This document shows positions 17,460-26,145 of a stretch of DNA of 64,000 bases, piece by piece. The notes beneath the pieces are model-generated. The model was not told the DNA's origin. It did not search any database and saw nothing but the letters and a program-made list of their open reading frames with translations. The DNA is taken from assembly GCA_016930875.1 (NCBI GenBank), contig JAFGFW010000014.1, forward strand, positions 15,338 through 79,337. The letters are read 5' to 3'. The stretch is from Deltaproteobacteria bacterium (GTDB lineage: Bacteria; Desulfobacterota; Desulfobacteria; Desulfobacterales; C00003060). A program made the position numbers and the translations under genes. Numbering within the stretch: position 1 is the stretch's first letter; each line of letters begins with the position of its first letter.

Positions 17460-18305
17460 GTGCTCTTGAGAAGTTTGCAAACCACATACATCCGGCGTAT
17501 GCTGCTACCGAGAAAATCGGATCTGATTTGGCTCCTCATCCTGATATTTGCCGCTCTTACACCAAAAGCGCTGGCTCAGGACACGTCTTTGCCAGCTAAG
17601 CTTCCTGGTCAGAAGGTTATCGTGTTAGACCCTGGTCACGGCGGCCACGACTTTGGGGCAGTCGGCCCGTCCGGCCTAGCCGAAAAAAGCTTAACACTGG
17701 CCCTTGCGCAAGAAATCAAAGACATCCTCTCCGGGGCTTATGCCGTCTATTTAACCCGTGACGGTGACTATTGGGTTGACATTGAAAAACGCACGGCCAT
17801 AGCTAACCATCTCAGGGCGGATGTCTTTGTTAGCCTTCACGCCGGAGGGAGTTTTCATCACAAGGCCGGAGGCATGGCGATTTACTATTTCTATCCAGGC
17901 ACAACTCAAGGACGGTCCCTTCAGCAAGAAGAAAATACTGTTCGGACCGTGGACACTCTCCACCTTTGGGACGACATTCAGTCCGTGCACGCAGCCAAGA
18001 GCAAGCTATTGGCAGATCTCGTGCACAGGCAAGTCGTTGCGAAGCTCAACCCCATGGATAGAGGAATTCACAAAGCCCCTTGCTCGGTTCTCAGAGGAGC
18101 GGATATGCCGGCCATCTTGTTTGAGATCGGTTATGTGAGCCATCCTGCCGAGGAAAAGGAACTTAGAGACTCGAACGTGCTGGCCGCTGTTGCCGAGGCA
18201 GTAGGTCAGGGGATAAGAGAGTTTTTCAGGCAACAGGGTGATTGCGTTAGCCCAAGAGACATGATAGAAGAAGATATCGGAACGGGGCGTGGCGCAGCCT
18301 GGTAG
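17460..18305 (+). CDS. N-acetylmuramoyl-L-alanine amidase (Amidase_3 / AmiC-type)
   Basis: It has VLDPGHGGHDFGAVG and an N-terminal signal-like segment. The start is uncertain (GTG at 17460 or ATG at 17499). The 3' 23 nt overlap tRNA-Pro. Confidence 0.8.
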   Translation: MLLRSLQTTYIRRMLLPRKSDLIWLLILIFAALTPKALAQDTSLPAKLPGQKVIVLDPGHGGHDFGAVGPSGLAEKSLTLALAQEIKDILSGAYAVYLTRDGDYWVDIEKRTAIANHLRADVFVSLHAGGSFHHKAGGMAIYYFYPGTTQGRSLQQEENTVRTVDTLHLWDDIQSVHAAKSKLLADLVHRQVVAKLNPMDRGIHKAPCSVLRGADMPAILFEIGYVSHPAEEKELRDSNVLAAVAEAVGQGIREFFRQQGDCVSPRDMIEEDIGTGRGAAW

Positions 18306-18359
18306 CGCGCCTGCTTTGGGAGCAGGAAGCCGGGGGTTCAAATCCCTCCGCCCCGACCA
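18283..18359 (+). tRNA. tRNA-Pro (TGG)
   Basis: The sequence is CGGGGCGTGGCGCAGCCTGGTAGCGCGCCTGCTTTGGGAGCAGGAAGCCGGGGGTTCAAATCCCTCCGCCCCGACCA. The anticodon loop is TTTGGGA. Confidence 0.95.
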
Positions 18360-18407
18360 GACTCCATCAAGAAACACCTGACTAACTTACTGAAATGGGA
18401 GTGAAAT

Positions 18408-18812
18408 ATGACGGGTTTTCTTGCTCACAAGGAACACGCGTATCACCTGCAGGAGCATGCCATTCTGGACAATAAGGACGGCACCTATGAATACATGGCA
18501 TGGGATACCAAAGGTGAGAAGCTCTCTTGGATCAGAGGACAAGCCAAAATATTGGGAGATGTATTAGGTTTGACAAGTATTACATCTGAAGGCGAGGAAG
18601 AGACAATAGAGACCCAACTGGAGTTAAAATACGAACTTAATCAGCTTCCGGAATGGGACAAAACTAAGTATTATTGTGTGATAACACAAGAAAGCCTTGG
18701 TGGTCTCCTGAAATACTGTGGCACAGGCAAGTTCGTTATGAAAGGGGAACAAGAGTATAAAGCTGTGCAAGAAGAGCTAAAAACCTACGGCGTTCACATC
18801 TCATCCGAATAA
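18408..18812 (+). CDS. Hypothetical protein (134 aa), no family recognised
   Basis: Clean ORF with a GGGAG SD motif upstream. It is the first gene after tRNA-Pro. Confidence 0.55.
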   Translation: MTGFLAHKEHAYHLQEHAILDNKDGTYEYMAWDTKGEKLSWIRGQAKILGDVLGLTSITSEGEEETIETQLELKYELNQLPEWDKTKYYCVITQESLGGLLKYCGTGKFVMKGEQEYKAVQEELKTYGVHISSE

Positions 18813-18819
18813 GTTGTGC

Positions 18820-19140
18820 TCAGTCTTCCTCCATCAGTTCATTTTCGTATACATCTAACCCCTTTACAGAGTCATGGATATTGGCGCCATCAGGGAGTCT
18901 CTTCGAAAGATCCTTGATTTTGCCCCTAAGGCAAGCTTCGCACGCGATAAGAAGCTCCTCCTCTATCGAAGTCATGGGGAGCATGGAACACGCCGGACAT
19001 ATGGCAATACGATTCGGGCCTAACCATATCTCCTTTGGATTCCCTTTTGCCACATGTTTGCAGGCCAGCCACAGGACTTGCTCACCATGTCTTGGACACT
19101 CACCCATCTTCTTCTCAAAGTCTTCTGCCTTAAACGTCAT
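18820..19140 (-). CDS. Hypothetical Cys-rich protein (106 aa)
   Basis: The start at ATG 19140 overlaps the upstream gene's TGA by 1 nt (TGATG). Cys pairs are ECPRHG...LACKH...ICPAC...ACEAC. Confidence 0.5.
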   Translation of the reverse strand: MTFKAEDFEKKMGECPRHGEQVLWLACKHVAKGNPKEIWLGPNRIAICPACSMLPMTSIEEELLIACEACLRGKIKDLSKRLPDGANIHDSVKGLDVYENELMEED

Positions 19141-19514
19141 CAATCGCATCCTTTCTTGCCTTCGGCATGCTGTTCTAAGTATCTCGCCATGTCCGCCACA
19201 ACGACAGATCCTTGTATATTCCCAAGAGTCGAAAGCTCTTCCCAGGATATGTCTATGTTGCTGTCTCTCTCAAGACGCTCTCCACGTTTTAACTTAGCCA
19301 AGATGGTCTCCGCCACTATGATGGTAATCTCATGCTCAGTCATTGCCTTGTTTACTTCTAGTGTGGGCGAGGGTTCCAACGTCTTTCTCCAGAAAAAAGC
19401 CTCAAGGGCCTGGATTTGCTCCTCCTGAGATGACGACAGAAAATCCTCCGAAAACTCCACTCCGAGACTGCCGTCTTCTGAAAACTCAACGCGAAACAAA
19501 TCCTCTGTCTCCAT
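19140..19514 (-). CDS. Hypothetical acidic protein (124 aa)
   Basis: Start taken at METEDLF (19514), because the upstream part of the track ORF runs through a repeat element. It has the internal repeat FRVEFSEDGSLGVEFSEDF. No SD motif is evident. Confidence 0.4.
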   Translation of the reverse strand: METEDLFRVEFSEDGSLGVEFSEDFLSSSQEEQIQALEAFFWRKTLEPSPTLEVNKAMTEHEITIIVAETILAKLKRGERLERDSNIDISWEELSTLGNIQGSVVVADMARYLEQHAEGKKGCD

Positions 19515-19577
19515 AACGTTTTCTACCAAAAATTGACGGCTTCGTAAAAAGTCGAAATCCGCCTCCGGCGGACTGTC

Positions 19578-19624
19578 ATTCCGGCCCGTCGAGAGCCTCA
19601 AGGTCGAACGACAAAGGCCGGAAT
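19578..19624. repeat. REP-like hairpin element carrying the 24-nt core GTCGAGAGCCTCAAGGTCGAACGA
   Basis: 9-bp stem ATTCCGGCC/GGCCGGAAT flanks the core. The core (19588-19611) is 24/24 identical, in inverted orientation, to 53174-53197. Confidence 0.75.
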
Positions 19625-19755
19625 TCAGTTTATTCAGCTAGTTACAAAGGCTCTAGACTCTGGTTTTCACGACTCGACTGAGCTCGTCGAAGTCCGGAGT
19701 GACGACTTTTTGCGAGTTGATCAAAATTGAATCTCACCACAGTACCTCCGCTACG

Positions 19756-20052
19756 CTATTGCTCTTTCCCCGCACAAGGCACCCGATACATGACCCACAC
19801 ATCCCCATTTTCGATATCCCAGGTCTCGTAACGCTCAACCGTGGCCTCATCCAACACTGGCTCCAGTCCTTTTTCACGTATCTCACCCATGAGATCTGCA
19901 ATATCCTTCTCAAAATCAACTTCCCCTTCTTCGCTAAACAACTCCTTCGGAATTTTGAAAGCCTTGCCGTAATAAACCGTCGGTGCGCCTGTCTGCTGCT
20001 GTGTCACTCCCTGCTTGGTGGAATAATAAGCTACCGTGACTTTTTGTCCCAT
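19756..20052 (-). CDS. Hypothetical protein (98 aa)
   Basis: Start at ATG 20052 (MGQKVTVAYYS) with a strong GGGGAGG SD. The longer track ORF extends into the inverted-repeat element. Confidence 0.5.
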   Translation of the reverse strand: MGQKVTVAYYSTKQGVTQQQTGAPTVYYGKAFKIPKELFSEEGEVDFEKDIADLMGEIREKGLEPVLDEATVERYETWDIENGDVWVMYRVPCAGKEQ

Positions 20053-20098
20053 AATCCTCCCCTTTTCCTTGGCCTTAACGTAAGTTCTCAATAACCTA

Positions 20099-20282
20099 GG
20101 GCGAGGGGTCCTTTTTTCAAAGGCGCTATCTTTTTCTTTGTTTCGGACTCTCGCAGTGGCCGGATATTGTGATTGACCCAAATGTCCTTATGAGCTTGGC
20201 ACGGGCCTAGCCAATCACAAAATATCCGGCCACGCTTCCTGAGCATGGTTGATATCGCCTTTGAAAAAAGGACCCCTCGCCC
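20099..20282. mobile_element. 184-bp MITE-like element with perfect 27-bp terminal inverted repeats
   Basis: GGGCGAGGGGTCCTTTTTTCAAAGGCG (20099-20125) is the exact reverse complement of 20256-20282. A second, inner inverted repeat is GGCCGGATATTGTGATTG / CAATCACAAAATATCCGGCC. The element has no coding capacity. Confidence 0.45.
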
Positions 20283-20316
20283 GGAGTAGTACCCGGACTT
20301 TTTGCGATGTTACGCC

Positions 20317-21144
20317 TTAACTCCATGCTGTTTTCATTTTCCCTATCCGTTCCAAGGAATTTGGCCTTCCTTTTTTTTGCAGATAAGCCAGCACTGTTGA
20401 GACGACTTCTCGAATTTCCCTCGTTTGCGGTAGCGTGGCAGCGATTTTTTCCACGTATCGGCGCTCGCATACCGCACGAAAAGTAGGTTCAAAATTGACA
20501 TCAAACACCCAACTGATCTGGAGCAATTTGTAATCATTGAGTGTGGCCATATCTCTTGTGTCGGCCATTCTTCCCAGATGCAAGGCGGTTAGGATCTTTG
20601 GTGAACATACTGAACCGTTCGGCAACCCCAACACGATGGTCGAATTCGTCCCCTCGTACCGCCTATCATAGTAATCTATAAATACTCGCCAGATGTCCAG
20701 CTTGTCGGCATCACGCAGGAGTTTCGCAAAAAACAGAGTCCTTTCTAGCTCGTTTTCTGGCAGGGCCCGCACGTTGTGGTAGCCAATCGCCTTGGTGATA
20801 AGACGCTGCTCTTCGTCCGAGCAGACCGAAAGAACGTCATGCTTGACCAGCTCCCTCAGCCCAAGCGCTGCATGGTTCTCGGATCTCGCGTCTTCAAATG
20901 TTCCATAGGTGGCATATTGCTCAAACCTGCCAAGATCGTGAAACAGGGCCATGGTCTCGGTCAACAACATGTCCTGGCTTGGCAGGTTCAAGGCCTGACC
21001 GAGCATGACGATCTCCTTACAAACTCGATCCGTGTGTTCATGTTTCAGCCTGACAGCTTGGTCCTGGGCCGGATCATCTGTGTAGTAGCCACTCACATAA
21101 TCGGAGAACCACTTTCTAAAAAAGGCGAGATGGTTTGTGTCCAT
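20317..21144 (-). CDS. HD-domain phosphohydrolase family protein
   Basis: 275 aa with H...HD signature (KHEHTDRV ... ALFHDLGRFEQ ... HAALG ... DADKLD). Confidence 0.7.
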   Translation of the reverse strand: MDTNHLAFFRKWFSDYVSGYYTDDPAQDQAVRLKHEHTDRVCKEIVMLGQALNLPSQDMLLTETMALFHDLGRFEQYATYGTFEDARSENHAALGLRELVKHDVLSVCSDEEQRLITKAIGYHNVRALPENELERTLFFAKLLRDADKLDIWRVFIDYYDRRYEGTNSTIVLGLPNGSVCSPKILTALHLGRMADTRDMATLNDYKLLQISWVFDVNFEPTFRAVCERRYVEKIAATLPQTREIREVVSTVLAYLQKKGRPNSLERIGKMKTAWS

Positions 21145-21237
21145 TGAGGCATAGGCCTAACTGAAGGCCGATATCTGGCGCCACCAAACAAGCGAATTTG
21201 ATGAAACGCTTGTTCGGGTTCTGCAACTCTTCATAAT

Positions 21238-22323
21238 TTACACCTGGCTGTACCTATAATAGGCAGCACAGGTCCCCTCACTGGACACCATGCAAGGACC
21301 CACGGGATTTTCCGGGTTGCACACCTTTCGAAAAAGCTTACATTCGATAGGCGTGTTAACGCCTCGGAGTATGTCACCACACTTACAGCCCGGCGGCTCA
21401 CCGGAATCCGGCACGTCAAGGTCAAACAGCGCCTCTGCATCATGGGCACGGTAGGACTCTCGCAGGGCAAGTCCACTCTTTGGAATCATTCCAAGACCGC
21501 GCCACGGTGAATCACAGGGCTCAAAAACCCGATCAAGTGTCTTAAGGGCATTGGGATTTCCCTCAGGCGCCACTGCCCGTCGGTATTGGATCTCCACCCG
21601 GGCTTCGCCCGCCTCTATTTGACTGACCAGCATGTAAATGCCCTGCAAGATGTCGAGTGGTTCAAAACCCATAACCACACAAGGCGTATGATATTGAGCC
21701 ACAACCACCTTGTAGGGGGCCGTCCCAATGATCGTACTCACATGTCCGGGGCACATGAATCCGTTCACGTCAAGTTCTCCGCCCGAAAGCAGCGCATCCA
21801 TGGCAGGAGGAAGGAGTTTGTGACACGACAGCACCGAAAAGTTGTTTACTCCCTGGGCCTGGGCCGCCACCACGGCAGCCGCAATCGTAGGCGCAGTCGT
21901 TTCAAATCCGATCCCAAGAAACACGACTTTCTTATCAGGATTCTGTCGGGCAATCTCAATGGCATCCATGGTCGAATAGACCATGCGTACATCAGCGCCA
22001 AGACCCTTTTCTTTTTGCAATGAGGACTCAGAGCCGGGCACCCTGACCATGTCCCCAAAGGTTGCCACAATAACATCCGGTATTCGAGAGAGTTTAATTG
22101 CTTTGTCGATATCACGGGTGGCCGTAACGCACACAGGACAACCCGGGCCAGAGATCAGGCCGATGTGTTCAGGCAACACGTCCCGAATACCGTGTTTGAA
22201 GATTGCAACCGTGTGCGTGCCGCAAATTTCCATGAACCGGGCCGGCTTTGTGGATATCGCCTTGATGCGCTCTGCCATCTTGGAAGCCAGCGAGCCGTCC
22301 CTGTACTCAGTCAGGTATTTCAT
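21238..22323 (-). CDS. hypD: Hydrogenase maturation protein HypD
   Basis: It has CGTHT, GPGCPVCV and GFETT motifs. The start was chosen at MKYLTEYRDG (22323), overlapping the hypC 3' end. Confidence 0.9.
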   Translation of the reverse strand: MKYLTEYRDGSLASKMAERIKAISTKPARFMEICGTHTVAIFKHGIRDVLPEHIGLISGPGCPVCVTATRDIDKAIKLSRIPDVIVATFGDMVRVPGSESSLQKEKGLGADVRMVYSTMDAIEIARQNPDKKVVFLGIGFETTAPTIAAAVVAAQAQGVNNFSVLSCHKLLPPAMDALLSGGELDVNGFMCPGHVSTIIGTAPYKVVVAQYHTPCVVMGFEPLDILQGIYMLVSQIEAGEARVEIQYRRAVAPEGNPNALKTLDRVFEPCDSPWRGLGMIPKSGLALRESYRAHDAEALFDLDVPDSGEPPGCKCGDILRGVNTPIECKLFRKVCNPENPVGPCMVSSEGTCAAYYRYSQV

Positions 22324-22540
22324 CAATGACTCCCATCTCTTTCCAGAGTTGCAGAGTAATCTTTGCCTCCTCCGGGTCAATCCGGTGAAGTGCAAAACCA
22401 GCATGAATGATTACATAGTCCCCGAGCTCCGGCCTCTCATCCACAATAGCGAGATTGGCCTCCTTAGTCATACCTCCCAGTTCGGCTCGGATAATATCTC
22501 CGTCAATCTCAATAACCTTCATCGGCGCTGCCACACACAT
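22307..22540 (-). CDS. hypC: Hydrogenase maturation chaperone HypC
   Basis: 77 aa beginning MCVAAPMKV (conserved Cys2). Confidence 0.9.
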   Translation of the reverse strand: MCVAAPMKVIEIDGDIIRAELGGMTKEANLAIVDERPELGDYVIIHAGFALHRIDPEEAKITLQLWKEMGVIDEIPD

Positions 22541-22694
22541 GAGTGTTACCTCCTATAGCTGTCATTCGTCAAAGATGAATCATGAACCCGATGCCAAGCG
22601 TACTCTTTTTGCCGTCAGGCGCAAATCCGAATATCGAAGCCTTTTCCGGTTTATCCGGATTGAGCTATTCGCAACACGATTTGCCATTTCCGGT

Positions 22695-25034
22695 TCACAC
22701 CCGACGACCTTGCCCGGCCAGGCCCGCTTTATACATAGCATCGGCCACTACTGCTTGACCGAGCGCAATGCCCCCGTCATTGCTCGGGACTTGCGCCTGG
22801 CTGAAAACCTCGAAACCTTGATTCTCCAAGACTTCGGTCAGTTGAACCAGAAGCCTGGCATTCTGGAAACAACCCCCGCCCAAGACCACCTGCTTGAACT
22901 TCCGCGACGCCCGCACCCGCTCACACACATCGACGAACAAGGCGACTAGGGTATTATGAAAAGTGGCGCTGATCGAACCTGTTGAACAGCCCTCATTCAC
23001 GTCTGCCAGAACAGATTTTATGATCGGCGCCGTCAAAAACTGGAGAGCCCCGTCCTTTTCCCGAATTTCAAAAGGATAAACTCGTTCCAGGTCGTCTTCT
23101 GCCGCTGCCTCAAGTTCCACTGCAGCCTGACCTTCGTAGGCGACATAGTTCCTCACACCTGCGATTGCGGCCACCGAATCAAACAGGCGCCCGCAACTCG
23201 ATGTGAGAGGCGTGTTCACACCCTGTTTTATCATATGGATCAAGATATCGACACGTTTCCGGGGGATGCCCTCCAGAAAAGGAAGACTGATCTTCAAAAA
23301 CTCCTCTCCAAAAGCCTCGTACAGCGCGCTCACGGCCATACGCCAAGGCTTCTTGATAGCCGCAGCCCCTCCAGGCATGGGAAGATAGGCAAAATACCCC
23401 ACCCTTTCGAACTGTTTGGGCTCCACGACCAGGACCTCACCGCCCCAAATCTGCCCATCAGCGCCGTAGCCTGTGCCGTCCAGAGCAATACCTATCACAG
23501 GCCCCGCAAGGCCATGTTCTGCCATGGCGCTCACTATGTGGGCATGGTGATGCTGGACCCCAACCTGAATCATGGACGACTGCTTCAAGGCATACTGTGT
23601 GCTCAAGTAATCAGGATGAAGATCATAGGCAATAATTTTGGGCTCGATCTCCAATATCCGTTTCAGGTGCTCGATAGTCATCTCAAAAAAATTGAGGGTC
23701 TCCAAGTTTTCCAGATCGCCTATGTGTTGACTCAAGAATGCCTGGTCTCCCCTGGTGAGACAAATGGTATTTTTCCATTCAGCGCCGCAGGCAAGAATCG
23801 GCTCCAAAGACCTCTTAAGAAAAGTCGGTATGGGCACATATCCTCTGCTGCGCCTGATCTGCCTTGGCACGGCGCCAAGCACACGGAGTATAGAATCGTC
23901 GCTTCTAAGATAAATGTCACGATTGTGATTCAAGAAGTAATCAGCAATATCTCCCAGGCGCTCAAACGCCTCCTCGTTATCAATGGCAATGGGCTCCTCG
24001 CTGATGTTCCCGCTGGTCATGACCAGGGCCAGCAGGTCGTTACCCTGAAACAGGAGGCAATGAAGGGGCGTATAGGGCAGCATGATGCCGTAGGTGCGGT
24101 TCCGGGGAGAGACTTCTTCAGCGATATCTGCGTTGGGCTTCTTTTCCAGGATCACAATAGGCCGCTGTATGGAGTTAAGAAGGGATTCTTCGTCCTCAGT
24201 TACCCGTGCAAATTGTCTGATCTGTTCCAGGCTGGGACACATAAGGGCCAAAGGCTTTTCTTCTCGATGTTTTCTTTGCCGGAGCCTCTTGACCGCTTCA
24301 TTGTTGGTGGCGTCCGCGGCCAGGTGAAAACCACCCAATCCCTTAATAGCAACGATTTTGCCTTGTTTTAGCCACTTCCGGGCTTCCTCAATCGGATTAC
24401 CTGCACGAATCTCTTGGCCCGCGTGAGCCCAGAGACGCACCAGGGGGCCGCAATCCCAACAGGCATTGGGCTGGGCATGAAATCTGCGGTCCGCGGGATC
24501 ATGATATTCTGCTTCGCAGGGAGGACACATCTTAAAACCCTTCATGGCCGTAAAAGGCCGGTCATATGGAATGTCCATAATGATGGTGTAACGCGGGCCG
24601 CAGTTTGTGCAATTGATAAAAGGATACCCGAAACGTCGGTTCTTTGGGTCAAACAACTCCCTCAGACAATCTTCACATACGCATACATCCGGAGAAATAA
24701 GCGTCCTGCGGTGTTCCTGTGCCTCGCTCTTGTGAATGGTAAAGCCAGAATATGATTTCAACTCCTGCTCAATAGTCTCTATGGAAGTAATATGGGCCAG
24801 GGGGGGTTTTTCGGCAATGATGCCCCGGTGGAATGCATCCAGAAAGTCGGGATCACCCTCAACTTCAATGTAGACGCCTTCTGAAGTATTGGAGACAAAG
24901 CCTCTAAGGTCGTGGGCAAGGGCAAGGTTGTAAATAAAGGGTCGAAAACCAACACCCTGCACGATCCCCTTAATCCTTGTCCTGACGCCCTTTTCCCTTA
25001 TTTCTTGGTCTGTTTCGACAGCCAGTCGGCCCAT
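22695..25034 (-). CDS. hypF: Carbamoyltransferase HypF
   Basis: It has an acylphosphatase-like N-terminus (VRTRIKGIVQGVGFRPF), two zinc-finger pairs (CEDC...CTNCGPR; CPPC...CWDCGP) and YrdC-like and Kae1-like domains. ATG 25034 has a GGAGAAGGA SD motif and lies 37 nt inside hypB. Confidence 0.92.
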   Translation of the reverse strand: MGRLAVETDQEIREKGVRTRIKGIVQGVGFRPFIYNLALAHDLRGFVSNTSEGVYIEVEGDPDFLDAFHRGIIAEKPPLAHITSIETIEQELKSYSGFTIHKSEAQEHRRTLISPDVCVCEDCLRELFDPKNRRFGYPFINCTNCGPRYTIIMDIPYDRPFTAMKGFKMCPPCEAEYHDPADRRFHAQPNACWDCGPLVRLWAHAGQEIRAGNPIEEARKWLKQGKIVAIKGLGGFHLAADATNNEAVKRLRQRKHREEKPLALMCPSLEQIRQFARVTEDEESLLNSIQRPIVILEKKPNADIAEEVSPRNRTYGIMLPYTPLHCLLFQGNDLLALVMTSGNISEEPIAIDNEEAFERLGDIADYFLNHNRDIYLRSDDSILRVLGAVPRQIRRSRGYVPIPTFLKRSLEPILACGAEWKNTICLTRGDQAFLSQHIGDLENLETLNFFEMTIEHLKRILEIEPKIIAYDLHPDYLSTQYALKQSSMIQVGVQHHHAHIVSAMAEHGLAGPVIGIALDGTGYGADGQIWGGEVLVVEPKQFERVGYFAYLPMPGGAAAIKKPWRMAVSALYEAFGEEFLKISLPFLEGIPRKRVDILIHMIKQGVNTPLTSSCGRLFDSVAAIAGVRNYVAYEGQAAVELEAAAEDDLERVYPFEIREKDGALQFLTAPIIKSVLADVNEGCSTGSISATFHNTLVALFVDVCERVRASRKFKQVVLGGGCFQNARLLVQLTEVLENQGFEVFSQAQVPSNDGGIALGQAVVADAMYKAGLAGQGRRV

Positions 25035-25645
25035 CGATCTATTCCTTCTCCGGTCCGGCAAGATATCTCAAAAATCTCCAAATTGGGATTGATCCTAAGG
25101 GAGATGTCTCGAATCTCTTCCACACTACAATCAACATACGGCAACAGGTCGATCTTGTTTACTAGCAAGACGCTCGACTCGTGGAACATAAGGGGATACT
25201 TTTCGGGCTTATCAGAACCCTCAGTAACGCTCAGGATCATTACCTTGTGGTCTTCGCCAACATCAAACTCGGCAGGACATACCAGATTCCCCACGTTTTC
25301 AACCACCAGAAGATCCAGTTGTGACAGATCAAACATTGCAAGCGCATTTCGTACCATGTTTCCATCCAGGTGACAGGCTCCGTCCGTGTTGATTTGAACC
25401 GCTGGGATGCCCTTCTCCGCTATCCTCTCGGCATCTCTGGTGGACTGCACATCACCCTCGATGACACCCATACGGATGCGATCTTTTACGGCATCTATGG
25501 TGCATTCCAGCAATGACGTCTTTCCGGAACCAGGCGAACTCATCAAGTTGATGACGGCCACCTTCTCCCTTTCAAACAGTTTACGGTTTTCTTCTGCAAT
25601 CCGCTCGTTCGCCTCAAGGATATTCCTTACAACTGGAATGTTCAA
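24998..25645 (-). CDS. hypB: Hydrogenase nickel-incorporation GTPase HypB
   Basis: P-loop SSPGSGKTSLLE. TTG start with an AAGGGAG SD motif. There is no His-rich N-terminal tract. Confidence 0.9.
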   Translation of the reverse strand: MNIPVVRNILEANERIAEENRKLFEREKVAVINLMSSPGSGKTSLLECTIDAVKDRIRMGVIEGDVQSTRDAERIAEKGIPAVQINTDGACHLDGNMVRNALAMFDLSQLDLLVVENVGNLVCPAEFDVGEDHKVMILSVTEGSDKPEKYPLMFHESSVLLVNKIDLLPYVDCSVEEIRDISLRINPNLEIFEISCRTGEGIDRWADWLSKQTKK

Positions 25646-25746
25646 CGCATTTGCTCCCTTCTATGGCAGTTTCCATAACCGCTTCTGCAATTTCCGTACC
25701 TCATTGCAGAGCCATTTCAACGTAACGTCTTTGCCTGGCACACTAA

Positions 25747-25786
25747 GGGCTCGCGCAAAAACAATTTCACATTTTGCCATCTCAGC
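25747..25786. repeat. Dispersed 40-nt REP-like repeat (GCTGAGATGSCAAAATGTGAARTTRTTTTTGCGCGAGCCC), copy 1, inverted
   Basis: The reverse complement is 37/40 identical to 62609-62648. Confidence 0.8.
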
Positions 25787-25929
25787 TTCAGCCCATCTTT
25801 GACCGATGCCTCATTCGCAAACTCCTCGAAATAGTTCGCTATTCCTGCGGCTTTGCTCAATCGGATCGGCCAAATCTGAACCAAATCTGAGCGCCAACTC
25901 TGCGAACTTATTCTTGCGCGAACCCTAAG

Positions 25930-25967
25930 AAAAAAAAGGGCTCCTCGCCTCACTGCCGAAAAGCCCC
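25930..25967 (-). terminator. Possible terminator after tRNA-Lys
   Basis: On the minus strand: GGGCT...AGCCC (short stem, large loop) followed by T8. Confidence 0.35.
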
Positions 25968-25975
25968 GTCAATTC

Positions 25976-26052
25976 TGGTGGGCCGTATAGGAATCGAACC
26001 TATAACCTCCTGATTAAGAGTCAGCTGCTCTGCCTAGTTGAGCTAACGGCCC
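25976..26052 (-). tRNA. tRNA-Lys (CTT)
   Basis: The reverse complement is GGGCCGTTAGCTCAACTAGGCAGAGCAGCTGACTCTTAATCAGGAGGTTATAGGTTCGATTCCTATACGGCCCACCA. The anticodon loop is CTCTTAA. Confidence 0.92.
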
Positions 26053-26145
26053 AGTTCACCTCTCTTTGTTTCTTGCCGTATCTTTTAACAGTGCCCGAAA
26101 GGCATGTCAATTATTATCTCTGACATCGCCTTTCCGCTCGTTCCT

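Noticed and set aside
18283-18305. Overlap of the amidase ORF's 3' end with tRNA-Pro as a sign of a disrupted gene or an integration event
   Set aside because: The amidase catalytic domain is complete. The last few codons simply read into the tRNA by chance, and no att-like duplication of the tRNA 3' end was found nearby.
20207-20470. 87-aa minus-strand ORF, and the long version (to 20181) of ORF 19756-20181
   Set aside because: Both run through the 184-bp inverted-repeat element. The shorter start at 20052 has a strong SD motif.
23235-24371. 378-aa plus-strand ORF
   Set aside because: It is entirely antisense to hypF, whose zinc-finger and carbamoyltransferase motifs are unambiguous.
25736-25751. 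Sigma-54-like motif TGGCAC-N5-GGGC on the plus strand
   Set aside because: It is part of the 40-nt REP-like repeat. No plus-strand gene follows it (tRNA-Lys, htpX and clpB are all on the minus strand).
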